Counted from the stretch's first letter, positions 29,451-40,285 are shown. The stretch: DNA of 64,000 nucleotides from an uncultured virus (IMG/VR IMGVR_UViG_3300009378_000005) (IMGVR_UViG_3300009378_000005:1-64000); one strand, 5' to 3'. Notes: generated by a model from the letters alone, not told the origin. A program made the numbers and translations.

Positions 29451-30252
29451 GGGGAAGTGACACCCGCGAGTTCGTCCCGCAATGCTGACAGTTCATCTGC
29501 ACCCTCATATCAATCCCAGGTTCATTCTGATCAATGTATGTTCTTAGCTTTCTAGAATCCTGTGCAGGCATGCTTTTAACAAACATTCCGATCTTATTTT
29601 TATCAGTTATACCATCGATTGACATTATCTGGTATGCTAAACGTGTTGTTATCATGTTGTCAGTTGAGCTATCAGTCATCTTTTTCATTCTCTCAGACAT
29701 CACAGATATCTCCGACTCATCCTTTCCTGTTAGGAATTTAAAATGAATATCCTTCTTTGTTACAGGTAGTCTAAAGTGGAAAAGATTTTCTCCCGGCGCC
29801 ACTGGATCAATCTCAAGACGTCGTATTTCAAGTGATGCTAGATCAAAATCATGATTGCTTCCCTTGCCGCACGATCTACAGCTAACATCAGCACTATATC
29901 TTGATCCATAACCTGTCACCCTTATTGCAACCATTAGAGCATTTTTATCCCCTAATAGCAATTCATCAACATTAACCGACTTATCAATTAAGCACGATTT
30001 AATAAGATGCGATATTACAGATCCTTGCCTGATTAACGCACGAGACGTAAGGATATCTTCCTCCTGTGCTGTCATTGCCTTTATCTCGAGAATAGACCTT
30101 CCATGCAATGCTGAATTGACAGAATATACCTTTCCCTCTGACGGGACTGGGACGGCTTCAACCGGAACCTCCCAATTAAAATCTTCCTGCATTACATTTC
30201 TTGTCTGAATCTCTGGATGTGAATCTTGAAAAAATTCAGAATTGTCTGACAC
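29419..30252 (-). CDS. T4 gp26-like baseplate hub assembly protein/tail chaperone
   Basis: VPSEGKVY, MTAQEEDIL, LLLGDKNALMVAIRVTGYG, CxxC twice, C-terminal FFWP; AAGGAG RBS before GTG. Confidence 0.75.
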   Translation of the reverse strand: MSDNSEFFQDSHPEIQTRNVMQEDFNWEVPVEAVPVPSEGKVYSVNSALHGRSILEIKAMTAQEEDILTSRALIRQGSVISHLIKSCLIDKSVNVDELLLGDKNALMVAIRVTGYGSRYSADVSCRSCGKGSNHDFDLASLEIRRLEIDPVAPGENLFHFRLPVTKKDIHFKFLTGKDESEISVMSERMKKMTDSSTDNMITTRLAYQIMSIDGITDKNKIGMFVKSMPAQDSRKLRTYIDQNEPGIDMRVQMNCQHCGTNSRVSLPLGSEFFWPTE

Positions 30253-30452
30253 TTGCTATCTCCTTGCACACATAAGAATTTTAGACATATAATATGTATG
30301 CGTAAATCAAAAGATCTCGCGAATATCAGAGAACGCTATGGGCGAATTCTACAGAAACTGATGCGTCTTCTCTGTCCATATTTCAAATGAATATCTACTT
30401 TAACCACTATGAAGGCGACTATAAGCTAATGTTGTGCTATCGAATTGTAAAA

Positions 30453-30944
30453 TCAGAATTGAAGTACAGCATTATCAAATCTAAGCGATAGTGAAATCTC
30501 TACCGGCTCTGTGTCATTTTCATATGTCAGAGTATTAAAGTTTGCATTCGTAATAAATGCACCCTTAACATCCCACAGCTCCACAACTGTTCCAATAGGA
30601 TCAAGAAGCTTTAACTGGATATCTCTCTTATAGAAATCAGCATATCCTGCTCGACCAGACACAGACTCATAATGTGTTCTAACCCACTCCATTACCTGCT
30701 GAGCCCCTGATGGTGCAATGGGATCATGAAGTGTAATTGACATTTCGCTAAATGTCATTCTTCCAGCAAGATATCTCTTGGCATTGATAAAAGGAATTTC
30801 TTTCATTGCAATAGCCATCTGAGGTCTGGCTGACGTCTTCATGAGAAAGGCGTCAACTCCTTCTATGGCAAACAGCCACCTAAATTGTCTTTTGGGTTCG
30901 AATTTATTTGGTAACATGTCTGTAACAGATAGTGTCTCAGCCAT
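30453..30944 (-). CDS. Tail tube protein (gp19-like)
   Basis: FEPKRQFRW, LHDPIAPSGAQQVMEWVR, GYADFYKRDI..LDPIG.VVE.W..KGAF. Confidence 0.9.
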   Translation of the reverse strand: MAETLSVTDMLPNKFEPKRQFRWLFAIEGVDAFLMKTSARPQMAIAMKEIPFINAKRYLAGRMTFSEMSITLHDPIAPSGAQQVMEWVRTHYESVSGRAGYADFYKRDIQLKLLDPIGTVVELWDVKGAFITNANFNTLTYENDTEPVEISLSLRFDNAVLQF

Positions 30945-31062
30945 AATATTCTCCTTTATAAAGCTGCTGCTTACTTACTAAATATGTTCGCACTAAGTTT
31001 ATTCTTTTAAAGAAGTGATATATAGTTTAAGAGGTAATTTAAGGTTTAGCTGGGTTCTAAGA

Positions 31063-32718
31063 ATGAAAACGTCAAAAAGATATAAATGTCCCATATGCTC
31101 ATTTACGTGTGGAAGAAAAAATGACTTTAATACTCATGTTGTAGACTTCCACAATTTTTTGTCAACTCAAGATGCATATAATAAAGTTATATTAAAAACA
31201 TCAAAAAATTTAACTTGTGCTTGTGGCTGTGAAGAAGAGTTAAAATTTGAAAGCTGGAATGTAGGATACTCATCTAAGTTTAAGCTAGGTCACAATGGAT
31301 CAATATACTCAATCTACGATGAAAAGCGAGCAAAAGAGATTTCAAATAAACGGTCTTTATCGCTAAAGGGAAAGGAAGGATGGTCAAAAGGACTTACAAA
31401 AGAAACAGACGATAGAATCTTAAGAAGATCTAAAAAGATAAAATCAACGCTACAGGCAAAAAGCAAAAGAGGTGAAATAGCATCATGGTCAAAAGGTCTT
31501 ACAAAAGAAACAGATGATCGTCTTTTAAAATTATCAAAAAAATTAAGCGACAAGTATAGATCAGGTGAATTGATCCCATGGGCAAAAGGCCTTACAAAAG
31601 AAACAGATAACAGAGTGCTAGAAATGTCCCTTAATGTTGCAGAAACACTAAATAACAAAAAGATAAGAGATGTGCTAGATTCTAAAAAAAGGCTTTCAGA
31701 AGATGAAGTTATTAAAAGACTAAACATTAATGCACCCAAGCTAAAGTTAATATCTAAAATTGACAGCTATAAGCGCGATAAAATAAAAAATCTTATATTT
31801 GAATGTCGAAACTGCCACAAACAACAAACTAAGAGCCTGATTCAGGCTATGAGCAATAGATGTGAAGACTGTGATCCACACGGGTCAAAGCATCAGATAG
31901 AAATAAATGACTTTATAAGGAGTTTAGGCAAAGAAACTATTATGTGTGACAGATCGACAATAAGACCATATGAGATAGACATTCTTGTCAAAGAGTGTAG
32001 ATTAGGAATAGAGTATAACGGTCTTTATTTCCACAGTGAAGAGTTTAAGGATAAAAACTATCATAAGAGAAAGTCAGAATTATCACTCGAGCAGAACATC
32101 AAGCTAATACATGTCTTTGAAGATGAGTGGGAAGAAAAAAGAAGCATTGTTAAATCAATGATACGTCACAGGTTAGGAATGACGAAGATAAAGATTCCTG
32201 CAAGAAAATGCAAAATTATAGATGTTGCCTATAGCGATAGAAAAAAGTTTTTTAATGAAAATCACATAGACGGTGACACAAAATCAAGCTGGGCGCTAGG
32301 GCTTGTTTATAATAAAGAGATTGTTGCATGCATATCTGTTAGAAAACCCTTTCATAAAAAATATAAAGGATACATAGAAATTGCTAGATTTGCAAATAAA
32401 ATAGACGTTGTTATTCAGGGCGGCCTAAGCAAGCTGATAAAGCATGTAAAGGCTAGGGCCAAAAAAGACAGATATCAAAAAATTATGACGTATGTGGACC
32501 TAAGACATGGTCTTGGTGAATCATATTTAAAGTCTGGATTTTTAATACGTCAAAAGACAATTAATCGATTTTGGTGGACTGACGGTAAGACACGAATCAA
32601 TAGGTTTAAAATAAAAGCAGATCCAACAAGAAACATGTCTGAAAAAGAGGTATCAGAAGAAGTTGGTGTTGTTAAAATATGGGGCTGTCCAAATATTATA
32701 CTAGAAGTTGATATTTAA
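31063..32718 (+). CDS. Free-standing homing endonuclease-like protein (zinc finger, 3x WxKGLTKETD repeats, Vsr-like nuclease, Hef-like C-terminal domain)
   Basis: Only convincing plus-strand gene; AT-rich; CPIC..H..H, CACGC, repeats, EIDI..GIEYNGLYFH..LIHVFEDEW, FFNENHIDG..EIARFA..GGLSKL..YVDLR. Confidence 0.8.
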   Translation: MKTSKRYKCPICSFTCGRKNDFNTHVVDFHNFLSTQDAYNKVILKTSKNLTCACGCEEELKFESWNVGYSSKFKLGHNGSIYSIYDEKRAKEISNKRSLSLKGKEGWSKGLTKETDDRILRRSKKIKSTLQAKSKRGEIASWSKGLTKETDDRLLKLSKKLSDKYRSGELIPWAKGLTKETDNRVLEMSLNVAETLNNKKIRDVLDSKKRLSEDEVIKRLNINAPKLKLISKIDSYKRDKIKNLIFECRNCHKQQTKSLIQAMSNRCEDCDPHGSKHQIEINDFIRSLGKETIMCDRSTIRPYEIDILVKECRLGIEYNGLYFHSEEFKDKNYHKRKSELSLEQNIKLIHVFEDEWEEKRSIVKSMIRHRLGMTKIKIPARKCKIIDVAYSDRKKFFNENHIDGDTKSSWALGLVYNKEIVACISVRKPFHKKYKGYIEIARFANKIDVVIQGGLSKLIKHVKARAKKDRYQKIMTYVDLRHGLGESYLKSGFLIRQKTINRFWWTDGKTRINRFKIKADPTRNMSEKEVSEEVGVVKIWGCPNIILEVDI

Positions 32719-35700
32719 ACTTCTGCACCAGCATTCGACACCATGAAATCAAGTGCAACAAACTCTGCTGTTCTTGTAGGTTGAACGTATATTTTTCCTC
32801 TAAGTGTATTATTTTCGATGTCAGCCTGTGTCGTCGTTGATGTATCAATTACAACCTTGTACCTGTCAACACCGCTCTTCTCCTGAATGCCTTGAAGAAT
32901 AGGAGTTACAAGAGCATTAAATCTATCAAGCGTTTCACTTCTATTCGGTTCAAACAGAAGTGAATTTGCAACTGCCCTGACAGACCTTCTTATCTCGATC
33001 AAAAGACGTCTAACATTTACCCTATCAAGCGATGACTGTGATGATAAAAGCGTCTTTTGACCCCATACAACGAGCCCTGTTCCTGGGAATGTTGTGATGG
33101 GATTTATATCTGCATCATATAATTCATCAAGGTTTGCCCTCTTTAAAGGTAATGCAGATCTTTCTGCGCTAAGAGAGCCTCTCGTAAATCCTGCCGGTGC
33201 AAACCACGGATGACCAATTCTATCATTCTTAGCAAATGCTCCAAGAACGCTAACTGAAGGTGGCACCTGAACATTTGTCAAAGTTGTTGGATCTCTAACA
33301 ATCGTATCAGGGAAGTATGCTGCAGCAAACGATGTGTCAAGAGCTCGATTCTTAAATGCTGCAACTGTGTATCCCACATTAACATTCTGGAGAGATCCTG
33401 TGACTATCTGATCTGTGTTATCTCTTTCCTCAATGTCCATGATATATAGCGCATCAAATCTATCCTCTACTGCATCAACTGCATAGTCTGTAACTGAACT
33501 ATGTCTTATTCCTGGAATTGCAAGAAGCTTAATGTCGACATCAGATTTTGTTTCCATGATGTCAACTGCCTTTCTATATGCTGCAACAGTTGGACCATCA
33601 GTTGCACCTTGATTTGATGAGTCATCCATTTCCCACATACATGAGTTGTTTAGCAGATCACTCTTGCTCTTGTTAAAGATATTTACTCCGTCAAAACCAC
33701 CCTGGAGGAAGAATGTAAACTTAGCAAAGTTTCTATTGCCGCTATTCTTAAGGTCATCCACCTTGAATGCTCTAGTCTTTGTTGTTTCGTTTGCTGTAAT
33801 TCCACCCTGTCTGGCATATGATGCGCTCACCCACTGCCTGGGATCTGCCAGACCATTCGATCCTGTTCTAACCTTGACTCTTTCAAGAGTAAACATGTTA
33901 TTGTTAAATCTATCTGCATCAAGAACGGTTCCATTAGAGTCTGCTGCCCCAGCATTGTCTCCAACTGACACATTTCTTACATCATCTCTAAATGTTGGGA
34001 AGTACTTGGCAAAGCTATCAAGTGTGTTGTCGTGAAGACCTATCTTGTTTGGTTCTGTGATACTTTCCTTTCTTGTAAATTGAACTCCCCAGTAGAGATA
34101 TGACTTTGCCCTATCATTTGGATACACACCTACACTAACTGATTCTCTTAGCGGAGTAGGAGGCTCAACAATATGATGTAACAAGTCTGTAGATCCGGCC
34201 CATAGCTGACCCTGAGTCGCTGTGCCTACACCGTGCAACGGCTGACTACCAGATGTTACTAGATGATGATGTCCTCTTGATCCGAGAGGTAATGCCTCAT
34301 CAGGAACAGCACCATCTTTCAAAATTTTACTTTGTTCAATTCTAATAAGATTTGATTGAACCGGATGATCTCCTTCAACAACAAGTCGCTGTGATCCATC
34401 ATTTCTATCAAAATCATAAAATGTTCTCTGGTCACCTATAACCCTGGCAATAAATCTATCAGACGATGGGTTGAGACTTAATCCTCTATATTGTTCAAGA
34501 ACGACCTTCTCATCATCTGAGTCATAAAAGTCTCTTACAATTAGGTCAAATGATCCAAAAAAGCTTGTATCTGACGTTGATTTCTGTATATTCTCAATTG
34601 AAATCTTAAACCTTGTGCTTACTCCTGCACCATCATCAGTTGCATGAACTCTAAACAAATCATACTTTGTTCCACCAAAATCCTGTGATATTACATAGGG
34701 AGACTTTGCTGTCGAAAATCTTGTTTCAAAGCTTTCATAATCTGGAGTTCCTGCAGTTCCTGCATTTCTTCCGTGTGATCCTGTCGTAATAAACGCGACA
34801 GGTTCAAGTGTTGGACCTCCTGTACCGCCTAGCTGAGTACCGCTTCCAGGATATACATACCCAGCACCTGTAATTACAGCTAAGGATGGATGAATGTCAT
34901 AGCTAGAATATAAGTAGTGACCGCTTTCCTCAATCTTAAAAGGGTCTGTGTTAAGAACATCAGCAAAATAATTAGATGATCTTAGATCAAATGAACAGGT
35001 TAGCGTGTTTGGATAGCTATCAGTATCTTTATGACCGTTTAACAGTAGCACAAATTCCTGATTTGATAGATTAACAGCACCTGTTATGCATCCCTGGAGG
35101 CTAGCACCGTGATTACCTGCAATTGCAGGAGACGTATTTGATGGCTTGCTATTTGATCCCGTTGCATGCTCTGTAGATGCTGACAGCAGAGGTATTACGC
35201 CCGATGCTGCCATCAAAATACCCCTTAGAATTGGAATACATCCATCTCCATTTAGCTCATATTCTGCGCTTGATGCCGACATCGCCCAGTGAGACAGACC
35301 TGCATCACTAAACACTGTTGAACCGGCTGATTCAGACATGTAGCATCCGAAAAAGTGCGTTCTTCCAAGATCACCGTTTGGAACTGCATATGTGTTAACA
35401 CCTACATTTCCATTTGTCTGTGGGAGCTTTTGTCCGACAACAAATCCTGCATTTGTCACCTTGCCCGTCGTAGAATTTTTCTTTTTTCCGTCTCCAACAC
35501 CTAAGACTCTAATATATGTTAATGCCTGTGCAGCCTTTAACCATTCATTTACCGCCAGCGGACCAAATCTTTCACCGTCTGTGTTTCCAAACACGCTTGC
35601 AAAATCTTTATAGCTAGCAACTGTTACAGGAACAAATGCTGGACCATCTTCTGCTGTTCCAACTACACCGGCAGGTATGCCAATAGGTCCTGTAGATGTC

Positions 35701-35765
35701 TTACGACTAGACACATCGATTTCTCGTGTGCTTACTCCTGCGCTTCTAAAAACTATTTCAGCCAT
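32715..35765 (-). CDS. Tail sheath protein, paralog 2 (gp18-like)
   Basis: SAGVSTREID, GPAFVPVTV, PWFAPAGFTRG, INPITTFPG..VWGQKTL..LDRVNVRRLL. Confidence 0.93.
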   Translation of the reverse strand: MAEIVFRSAGVSTREIDVSSRKTSTGPIGIPAGVVGTAEDGPAFVPVTVASYKDFASVFGNTDGERFGPLAVNEWLKAAQALTYIRVLGVGDGKKKNSTTGKVTNAGFVVGQKLPQTNGNVGVNTYAVPNGDLGRTHFFGCYMSESAGSTVFSDAGLSHWAMSASSAEYELNGDGCIPILRGILMAASGVIPLLSASTEHATGSNSKPSNTSPAIAGNHGASLQGCITGAVNLSNQEFVLLLNGHKDTDSYPNTLTCSFDLRSSNYFADVLNTDPFKIEESGHYLYSSYDIHPSLAVITGAGYVYPGSGTQLGGTGGPTLEPVAFITTGSHGRNAGTAGTPDYESFETRFSTAKSPYVISQDFGGTKYDLFRVHATDDGAGVSTRFKISIENIQKSTSDTSFFGSFDLIVRDFYDSDDEKVVLEQYRGLSLNPSSDRFIARVIGDQRTFYDFDRNDGSQRLVVEGDHPVQSNLIRIEQSKILKDGAVPDEALPLGSRGHHHLVTSGSQPLHGVGTATQGQLWAGSTDLLHHIVEPPTPLRESVSVGVYPNDRAKSYLYWGVQFTRKESITEPNKIGLHDNTLDSFAKYFPTFRDDVRNVSVGDNAGAADSNGTVLDADRFNNNMFTLERVKVRTGSNGLADPRQWVSASYARQGGITANETTKTRAFKVDDLKNSGNRNFAKFTFFLQGGFDGVNIFNKSKSDLLNNSCMWEMDDSSNQGATDGPTVAAYRKAVDIMETKSDVDIKLLAIPGIRHSSVTDYAVDAVEDRFDALYIMDIEERDNTDQIVTGSLQNVNVGYTVAAFKNRALDTSFAAAYFPDTIVRDPTTLTNVQVPPSVSVLGAFAKNDRIGHPWFAPAGFTRGSLSAERSALPLKRANLDELYDADINPITTFPGTGLVVWGQKTLLSSQSSLDRVNVRRLLIEIRRSVRAVANSLLFEPNRSETLDRFNALVTPILQGIQEKSGVDRYKVVIDTSTTTQADIENNTLRGKIYVQPTRTAEFVALDFMVSNAGAEV

Positions 35766-35800
35766 TTAGAGTTTCTCCACAAATCATAGATAAATATTTC

Positions 35801-38800
35801 TTACTCAAAACTTACCCCAGCTGACGTAATGATAAAGTCTATTGCGATAAATTCAACAGCTCTAGTTGGAACTAGAACAATTCTACCGTTTAGTCGATTT
35901 TGTTCCACGTCTTCAATTGTATTATTAGAACTATCCATTACAACCTTAAATTGATCAATTCCCTGCTGTGTCTGAATAAGAGATAGCAACGGTGTCACCT
36001 GTGAGACAAATCTTGCCCTTGTCTCTGGCGTGTTTTGCTCAAAGACTATCTTGCTTGCTACGTCAGATATTATTCTCTTTGCCTCTAGGAGCATTCTTCT
36101 AACGTTAACCCTGTCAAGAGACGTCTTTGCCTGCTGCAAGGTTTTTTGACCAAAAATAACAAATCCTGCATTTGGGAATGTTGCGATGGGATTTATCTTA
36201 GCCTCATAGAGGTCATTCTTATCGCTTGCATTTAATCTAGCCTTTGTATTCACGACAAAGTCAAGAGCTGCCCTATTAAATCCTGCGGGAGCAAACCATG
36301 GGTATGCTACATTGTCATTAAACCCTAGCGCTCCTAGCGCTGCTATGCTTGCAGGCACCTCAACAGACCTGTTGTTTACAGGATCATTAATTGATACATC
36401 TGGGAAATATGTTGCAACATAATTACTGTCAAGCGCTCTAGCGCTAAATTTCTCTATTGTCTTTTCAACATCAGGTCTTCCCGTGCTATCATAGAATAGC
36501 CTGTTATTATCGCCATCGTAAGCAGGAGTATCGATGATATAGATAGCCTTTCCGTAGTCTTCAACTAGGTCTGTGACATAATCTGTAACATGACTATCTC
36601 TTATTCCAGGAATGACAATAATGTTAACTCGTGATGACATCTCATCTGTCAAAATCTCAGCTGCAGCCCTATATGATCTAACTGTGCTATTGTCCTTACC
36701 TGAGCCCACTGTCATATTTGTTGACAAGCCAATGTTCAATGGATTTCCATCAGTGCTTGATAGATTAGATTCTGACGCCTTTCCTGTGCTATCTGATGAG
36801 CTTGCTCTGTCGTTTAATCGTGACATATCTCTATCAAGAATATTGACACCGTCAAACCCACCGTAGAAGAAGTTTGTAAATTTAGCATAGTTGGTAAACT
36901 TATTAAAGTGCGTAGATCCTGTCAGTGAAATGAGTGACGCAAATGTCAGCCTATCATTTGCTGTTCCATCAGATACAACGTATGTTGTCCCTTTTGGCAC
37001 GCCGTTTCTAATATAACATGCCTCAAGCATGTGATCTTTTGCCGTTCCTGTTATCTGGCTTTCGACCGTCTGATTTAGGCCAGGTCTTCCGCTTCCTGTC
37101 AATGCATCAGATATAACATTTCCTAATGCTACACGAGCCAGTGTAAATTTATTATTATTAAACTCATCAGCACCTGCACCAGTTACAACAAGATCCATCT
37201 TGGAGATTCCAAGAAGCTTGGCATAATTTTCAATAAGCGGGTTTGGCGTGCTTGACACATTAGCATTGAGAATTGACTCATCAAGCGATGAGCTTCTAGG
37301 AACTATCTCAAACTTAGTTCCCCAGTAGAATCTTGCATCAACTCTCTCACTATTTCCTGGTGATCCAGCAAGACCAGATGTCGCAACATTTCCACGAGTC
37401 ACCTTGAACCTATATGGGACAGGAGGTAAAATTGATCCTGACAAGAGAGACTCTGCACCTGCAGCAGCAACACTGCTTCCAGATGATTTTCTAGGAGTGA
37501 ATGCCAGTCTTGACCCAGGATTTCCAAGATTCTGACCCAGTGACGATGTCAACCCTGTAACAGAATTATCTGCTAGCGTCTCAGTTGTCTTTAGTGACGG
37601 AAACCCTCTAAACCCAAAGGGCAAAGCATCTACAGGTACATTTCCATTCTCAGCATCTACATGCATCACGATTCGAACTCTAGATGACACGTTTGCATAC
37701 TTTCCAGACATCAAAAGTCGACGCTCATCTGATGTCTCTGCATCAAAGTTATACGACACCTTTAGATCACCTATCTTTTTAGCAACATAATTTTCATCAC
37801 TGGGATCTAGCGTACATAGAGGGTACTGTTCTAAGACTGACGGATTTGTATCTGTATCACTAAATGATCTTACCTCTACTGTGAAAGTTCCATTCTTATT
37901 TTTAGAGTCTGTAGATTTTCTAATATTAGAGATCGATACCTTGAATTTTGTATTTGCAGATGCTCCGTCAGATAAAGTTTCAAAATGAAATAGATCATAT
38001 TCCTTCTCACCATATGGCTGTGAGATGAACATTGTTGTTCTTGGAGTTGAATATCTTGTGTCAAATCTTCCAAATGCATCTCTAAAGCCCTGATTTGCGG
38101 GATTGTCTGATGAAACAGCGGCTGTACCAGATACAACTGCTACAGAGTATCTGTGATCTGAAACAGGTGCAATCTCATCTTCAACAGGAAAGTGAGAGTA
38201 TAGAAGGTGTTGTTCTTCCTGGAATCTCTCTGGATCTGTATTTAGGACATTTGAAATATAGCTAGGTAGAGACGGATCTAGCGATGCAGTTAACATCTTT
38301 ACGCCTGGTGATCCATCGTGATTGGCAAACTGTGTTGCTGACGATGATATCGCTATCTTGAACGTCTTAAATCTGCTGTCTCCGGTTCCGCTATATACTG
38401 TAGCTGTATCTGCAAAAGCCTCTGCAGTTGAATATGACGAAGTCGCATGTAGAACCTGGATTCTTGTACCTGTGGCACACATTATCATTCCACGAACTAG
38501 ATAGACATAGTCATCACCGCTACTAATTCCATAGCTATCGTTGTCTGTAAAGACAGGAAAGCCTACTGTTTCTCTTGATGCAGAAACAAAATGTCTTGCA
38601 ACCAAAAATTGAACAGCACCTTGATGCCTTGTGTCTCCGGGCGTTCCACCTAGCGCTGAACCCTGTATAACAAATCCGGCGTTCTTAACTACACCCTGCT
38701 GCTCTGTCTTGTATATGTCAGTCGTTGAATCGTTAGACCCAGCACCAAGAACTCTAACAAACGTCAATGCGCTTCTATTCTTTAGAAATTCTCTAACAGC

Positions 38801-39004
38801 ATACGGTCCAAACTTTTTATGATCAAGTGTTCCAAAGCGAGACTTGAAATCACTAAATGAACCAACTGTTACAGGGACAAATGCCGGACCCATCTCTGAC
38901 GTACCTGCAACACCGGCAGGAACACCGACTGTCTCCGCTTCCCTCTGGGATAGATCGACTTCGCGTTCAAAGAATCCGGGCGACTTAAAGATCTGCTCAG
39001 CCAT
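35801..39004 (-). CDS. Tail sheath protein, paralog 1 (gp18-like)
   Basis: SPGFFEREVDLS, GPAFVPVTV, PWFAPAGFNR, INPIATFP..FGQKTLQ..LDRVNVRRML. Confidence 0.93.
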   Translation of the reverse strand: MAEQIFKSPGFFEREVDLSQREAETVGVPAGVAGTSEMGPAFVPVTVGSFSDFKSRFGTLDHKKFGPYAVREFLKNRSALTFVRVLGAGSNDSTTDIYKTEQQGVVKNAGFVIQGSALGGTPGDTRHQGAVQFLVARHFVSASRETVGFPVFTDNDSYGISSGDDYVYLVRGMIMCATGTRIQVLHATSSYSTAEAFADTATVYSGTGDSRFKTFKIAISSSATQFANHDGSPGVKMLTASLDPSLPSYISNVLNTDPERFQEEQHLLYSHFPVEDEIAPVSDHRYSVAVVSGTAAVSSDNPANQGFRDAFGRFDTRYSTPRTTMFISQPYGEKEYDLFHFETLSDGASANTKFKVSISNIRKSTDSKNKNGTFTVEVRSFSDTDTNPSVLEQYPLCTLDPSDENYVAKKIGDLKVSYNFDAETSDERRLLMSGKYANVSSRVRIVMHVDAENGNVPVDALPFGFRGFPSLKTTETLADNSVTGLTSSLGQNLGNPGSRLAFTPRKSSGSSVAAAGAESLLSGSILPPVPYRFKVTRGNVATSGLAGSPGNSERVDARFYWGTKFEIVPRSSSLDESILNANVSSTPNPLIENYAKLLGISKMDLVVTGAGADEFNNNKFTLARVALGNVISDALTGSGRPGLNQTVESQITGTAKDHMLEACYIRNGVPKGTTYVVSDGTANDRLTFASLISLTGSTHFNKFTNYAKFTNFFYGGFDGVNILDRDMSRLNDRASSSDSTGKASESNLSSTDGNPLNIGLSTNMTVGSGKDNSTVRSYRAAAEILTDEMSSRVNIIVIPGIRDSHVTDYVTDLVEDYGKAIYIIDTPAYDGDNNRLFYDSTGRPDVEKTIEKFSARALDSNYVATYFPDVSINDPVNNRSVEVPASIAALGALGFNDNVAYPWFAPAGFNRAALDFVVNTKARLNASDKNDLYEAKINPIATFPNAGFVIFGQKTLQQAKTSLDRVNVRRMLLEAKRIISDVASKIVFEQNTPETRARFVSQVTPLLSLIQTQQGIDQFKVVMDSSNNTIEDVEQNRLNGRIVLVPTRAVEFIAIDFIITSAGVSFE

Positions 39005-39067
39005 TAATTATTCTCCCATGCACAAATCACTACAGTTTATAAATATCATTCAAAAACCTAAAAGACC

Positions 39068-40285
39068 TTACTCAAATTCTCTGATTAGCTCAATTATTAC
39101 CCTCGAATTTGCAACGGTCTCTCCTTTTCTCTGATTGCGCATAAGAACTGGAACAGTTTTCTGAATTTCCTTACCTGTAAATGGATCATTTATCGTCTCA
39201 ATTATCTGGACATTTGACTGTCCCCTTCTACTCTGCTCATCACCTGACTTATCAAGAAGGCTAGTATCGCTAAGGGTAAATTTATTGATATCTCCATCTG
39301 AATTGCCACCTTTAGACCTTAAGACTACGGGTGACTTTGACTCATAAATTCCAAAATCTATCTGGGGAGCAGATAGAGTCCTTCTAAACGGACTAGACAG
39401 CCCAGGGTGCTGTGGGGCTAAAATATATGCAGGTACAACCATCTTAAACGTATATCTGACAATTCTCTCATCTGATGAAAAATCTGAAAAGTTGTCTGCT
39501 GTCCCTAGAGGTGACTTCAAGTAAGCAACAAACTGATAACCCGAGTCTGTTTCAATTAGAAAATCATGACCCTGTCCTGTAAATCTTGCCATCATCGACT
39601 CAATGATCTGATTCATCTGAGTCATATATTGTGTCCAGAATGTTATATCATACTCCAAAGTGACAAACGTAGGATATGGAACAGTTATCACCTCAAAAAT
39701 ATTATCCCCTATTTTCTCTGCAAGAAGATCACCCTTAGAATTTTTAATTGCACTATTTGATTTACTTCTTCGAGATGCAACCCTTCCTTCAATGCTTCCG
39801 CTGTGTGGAAACGATGAGATATTTTCAAAATTATTTTTTGATGCAACGTTTTTTTGGTTTAGAAGACCTAGCTTATTAATAATATTCTGATAATCTCTAT
39901 CATTCTTGCTCAACCTTCTTTTAACAATATAGCTCTGTTGATCCTTATGTGAGATAGGTGTTCCATATCCTGACTGTGATGGATCATGTGATATGCTTGT
40001 TCTCTTAATTGATATTATTGGTAAAATTATTGCGTTATTCTTGTCTCTTATCGGCTGATTTCTTCTAGTTAATGCAAATCTTTCACCTGTTGAGAATACG
40101 ACAGGAACGCGCGTTGCCTGATTGTCAACCTCAATTTCAAATGACAGGCGCTTATCAAACAGATGAAATAGAGCTCTATCAGCATCTTCAATTCCAACAG
40201 GAGGAATTAAGAAATCTTCAGGTACACTCGTACCTTCATATGGGTCAGCAATTCCAGAGCGTGATTTCACATCATTAGACATCAT
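39068..40285 (-). CDS. Tail terminator/sheath stabiliser (gp15-like)
   Basis: VPVVFSTGERF, LPIISIKRT, PTFVTLEYDITFWTQYMTQMNQIIE; lies between neck and sheath genes. Confidence 0.7.
   Translation of the reverse strand: MMSNDVKSRSGIADPYEGTSVPEDFLIPPVGIEDADRALFHLFDKRLSFEIEVDNQATRVPVVFSTGERFALTRRNQPIRDKNNAIILPIISIKRTSISHDPSQSGYGTPISHKDQQSYIVKRRLSKNDRDYQNIINKLGLLNQKNVASKNNFENISSFPHSGSIEGRVASRRSKSNSAIKNSKGDLLAEKIGDNIFEVITVPYPTFVTLEYDITFWTQYMTQMNQIIESMMARFTGQGHDFLIETDSGYQFVAYLKSPLGTADNFSDFSSDERIVRYTFKMVVPAYILAPQHPGLSSPFRRTLSAPQIDFGIYESKSPVVLRSKGGNSDGDINKFTLSDTSLLDKSGDEQSRRGQSNVQIIETINDPFTGKEIQKTVPVLMRNQRKGETVANSRVIIELIREFE

Noticed and set aside
30253..30452. 200-nt gap after the tail tube gene as a structured RNA
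   Set aside because: Only weak pairing and a possible TTTACG-17-TAAAAT promoter; not enough to call.
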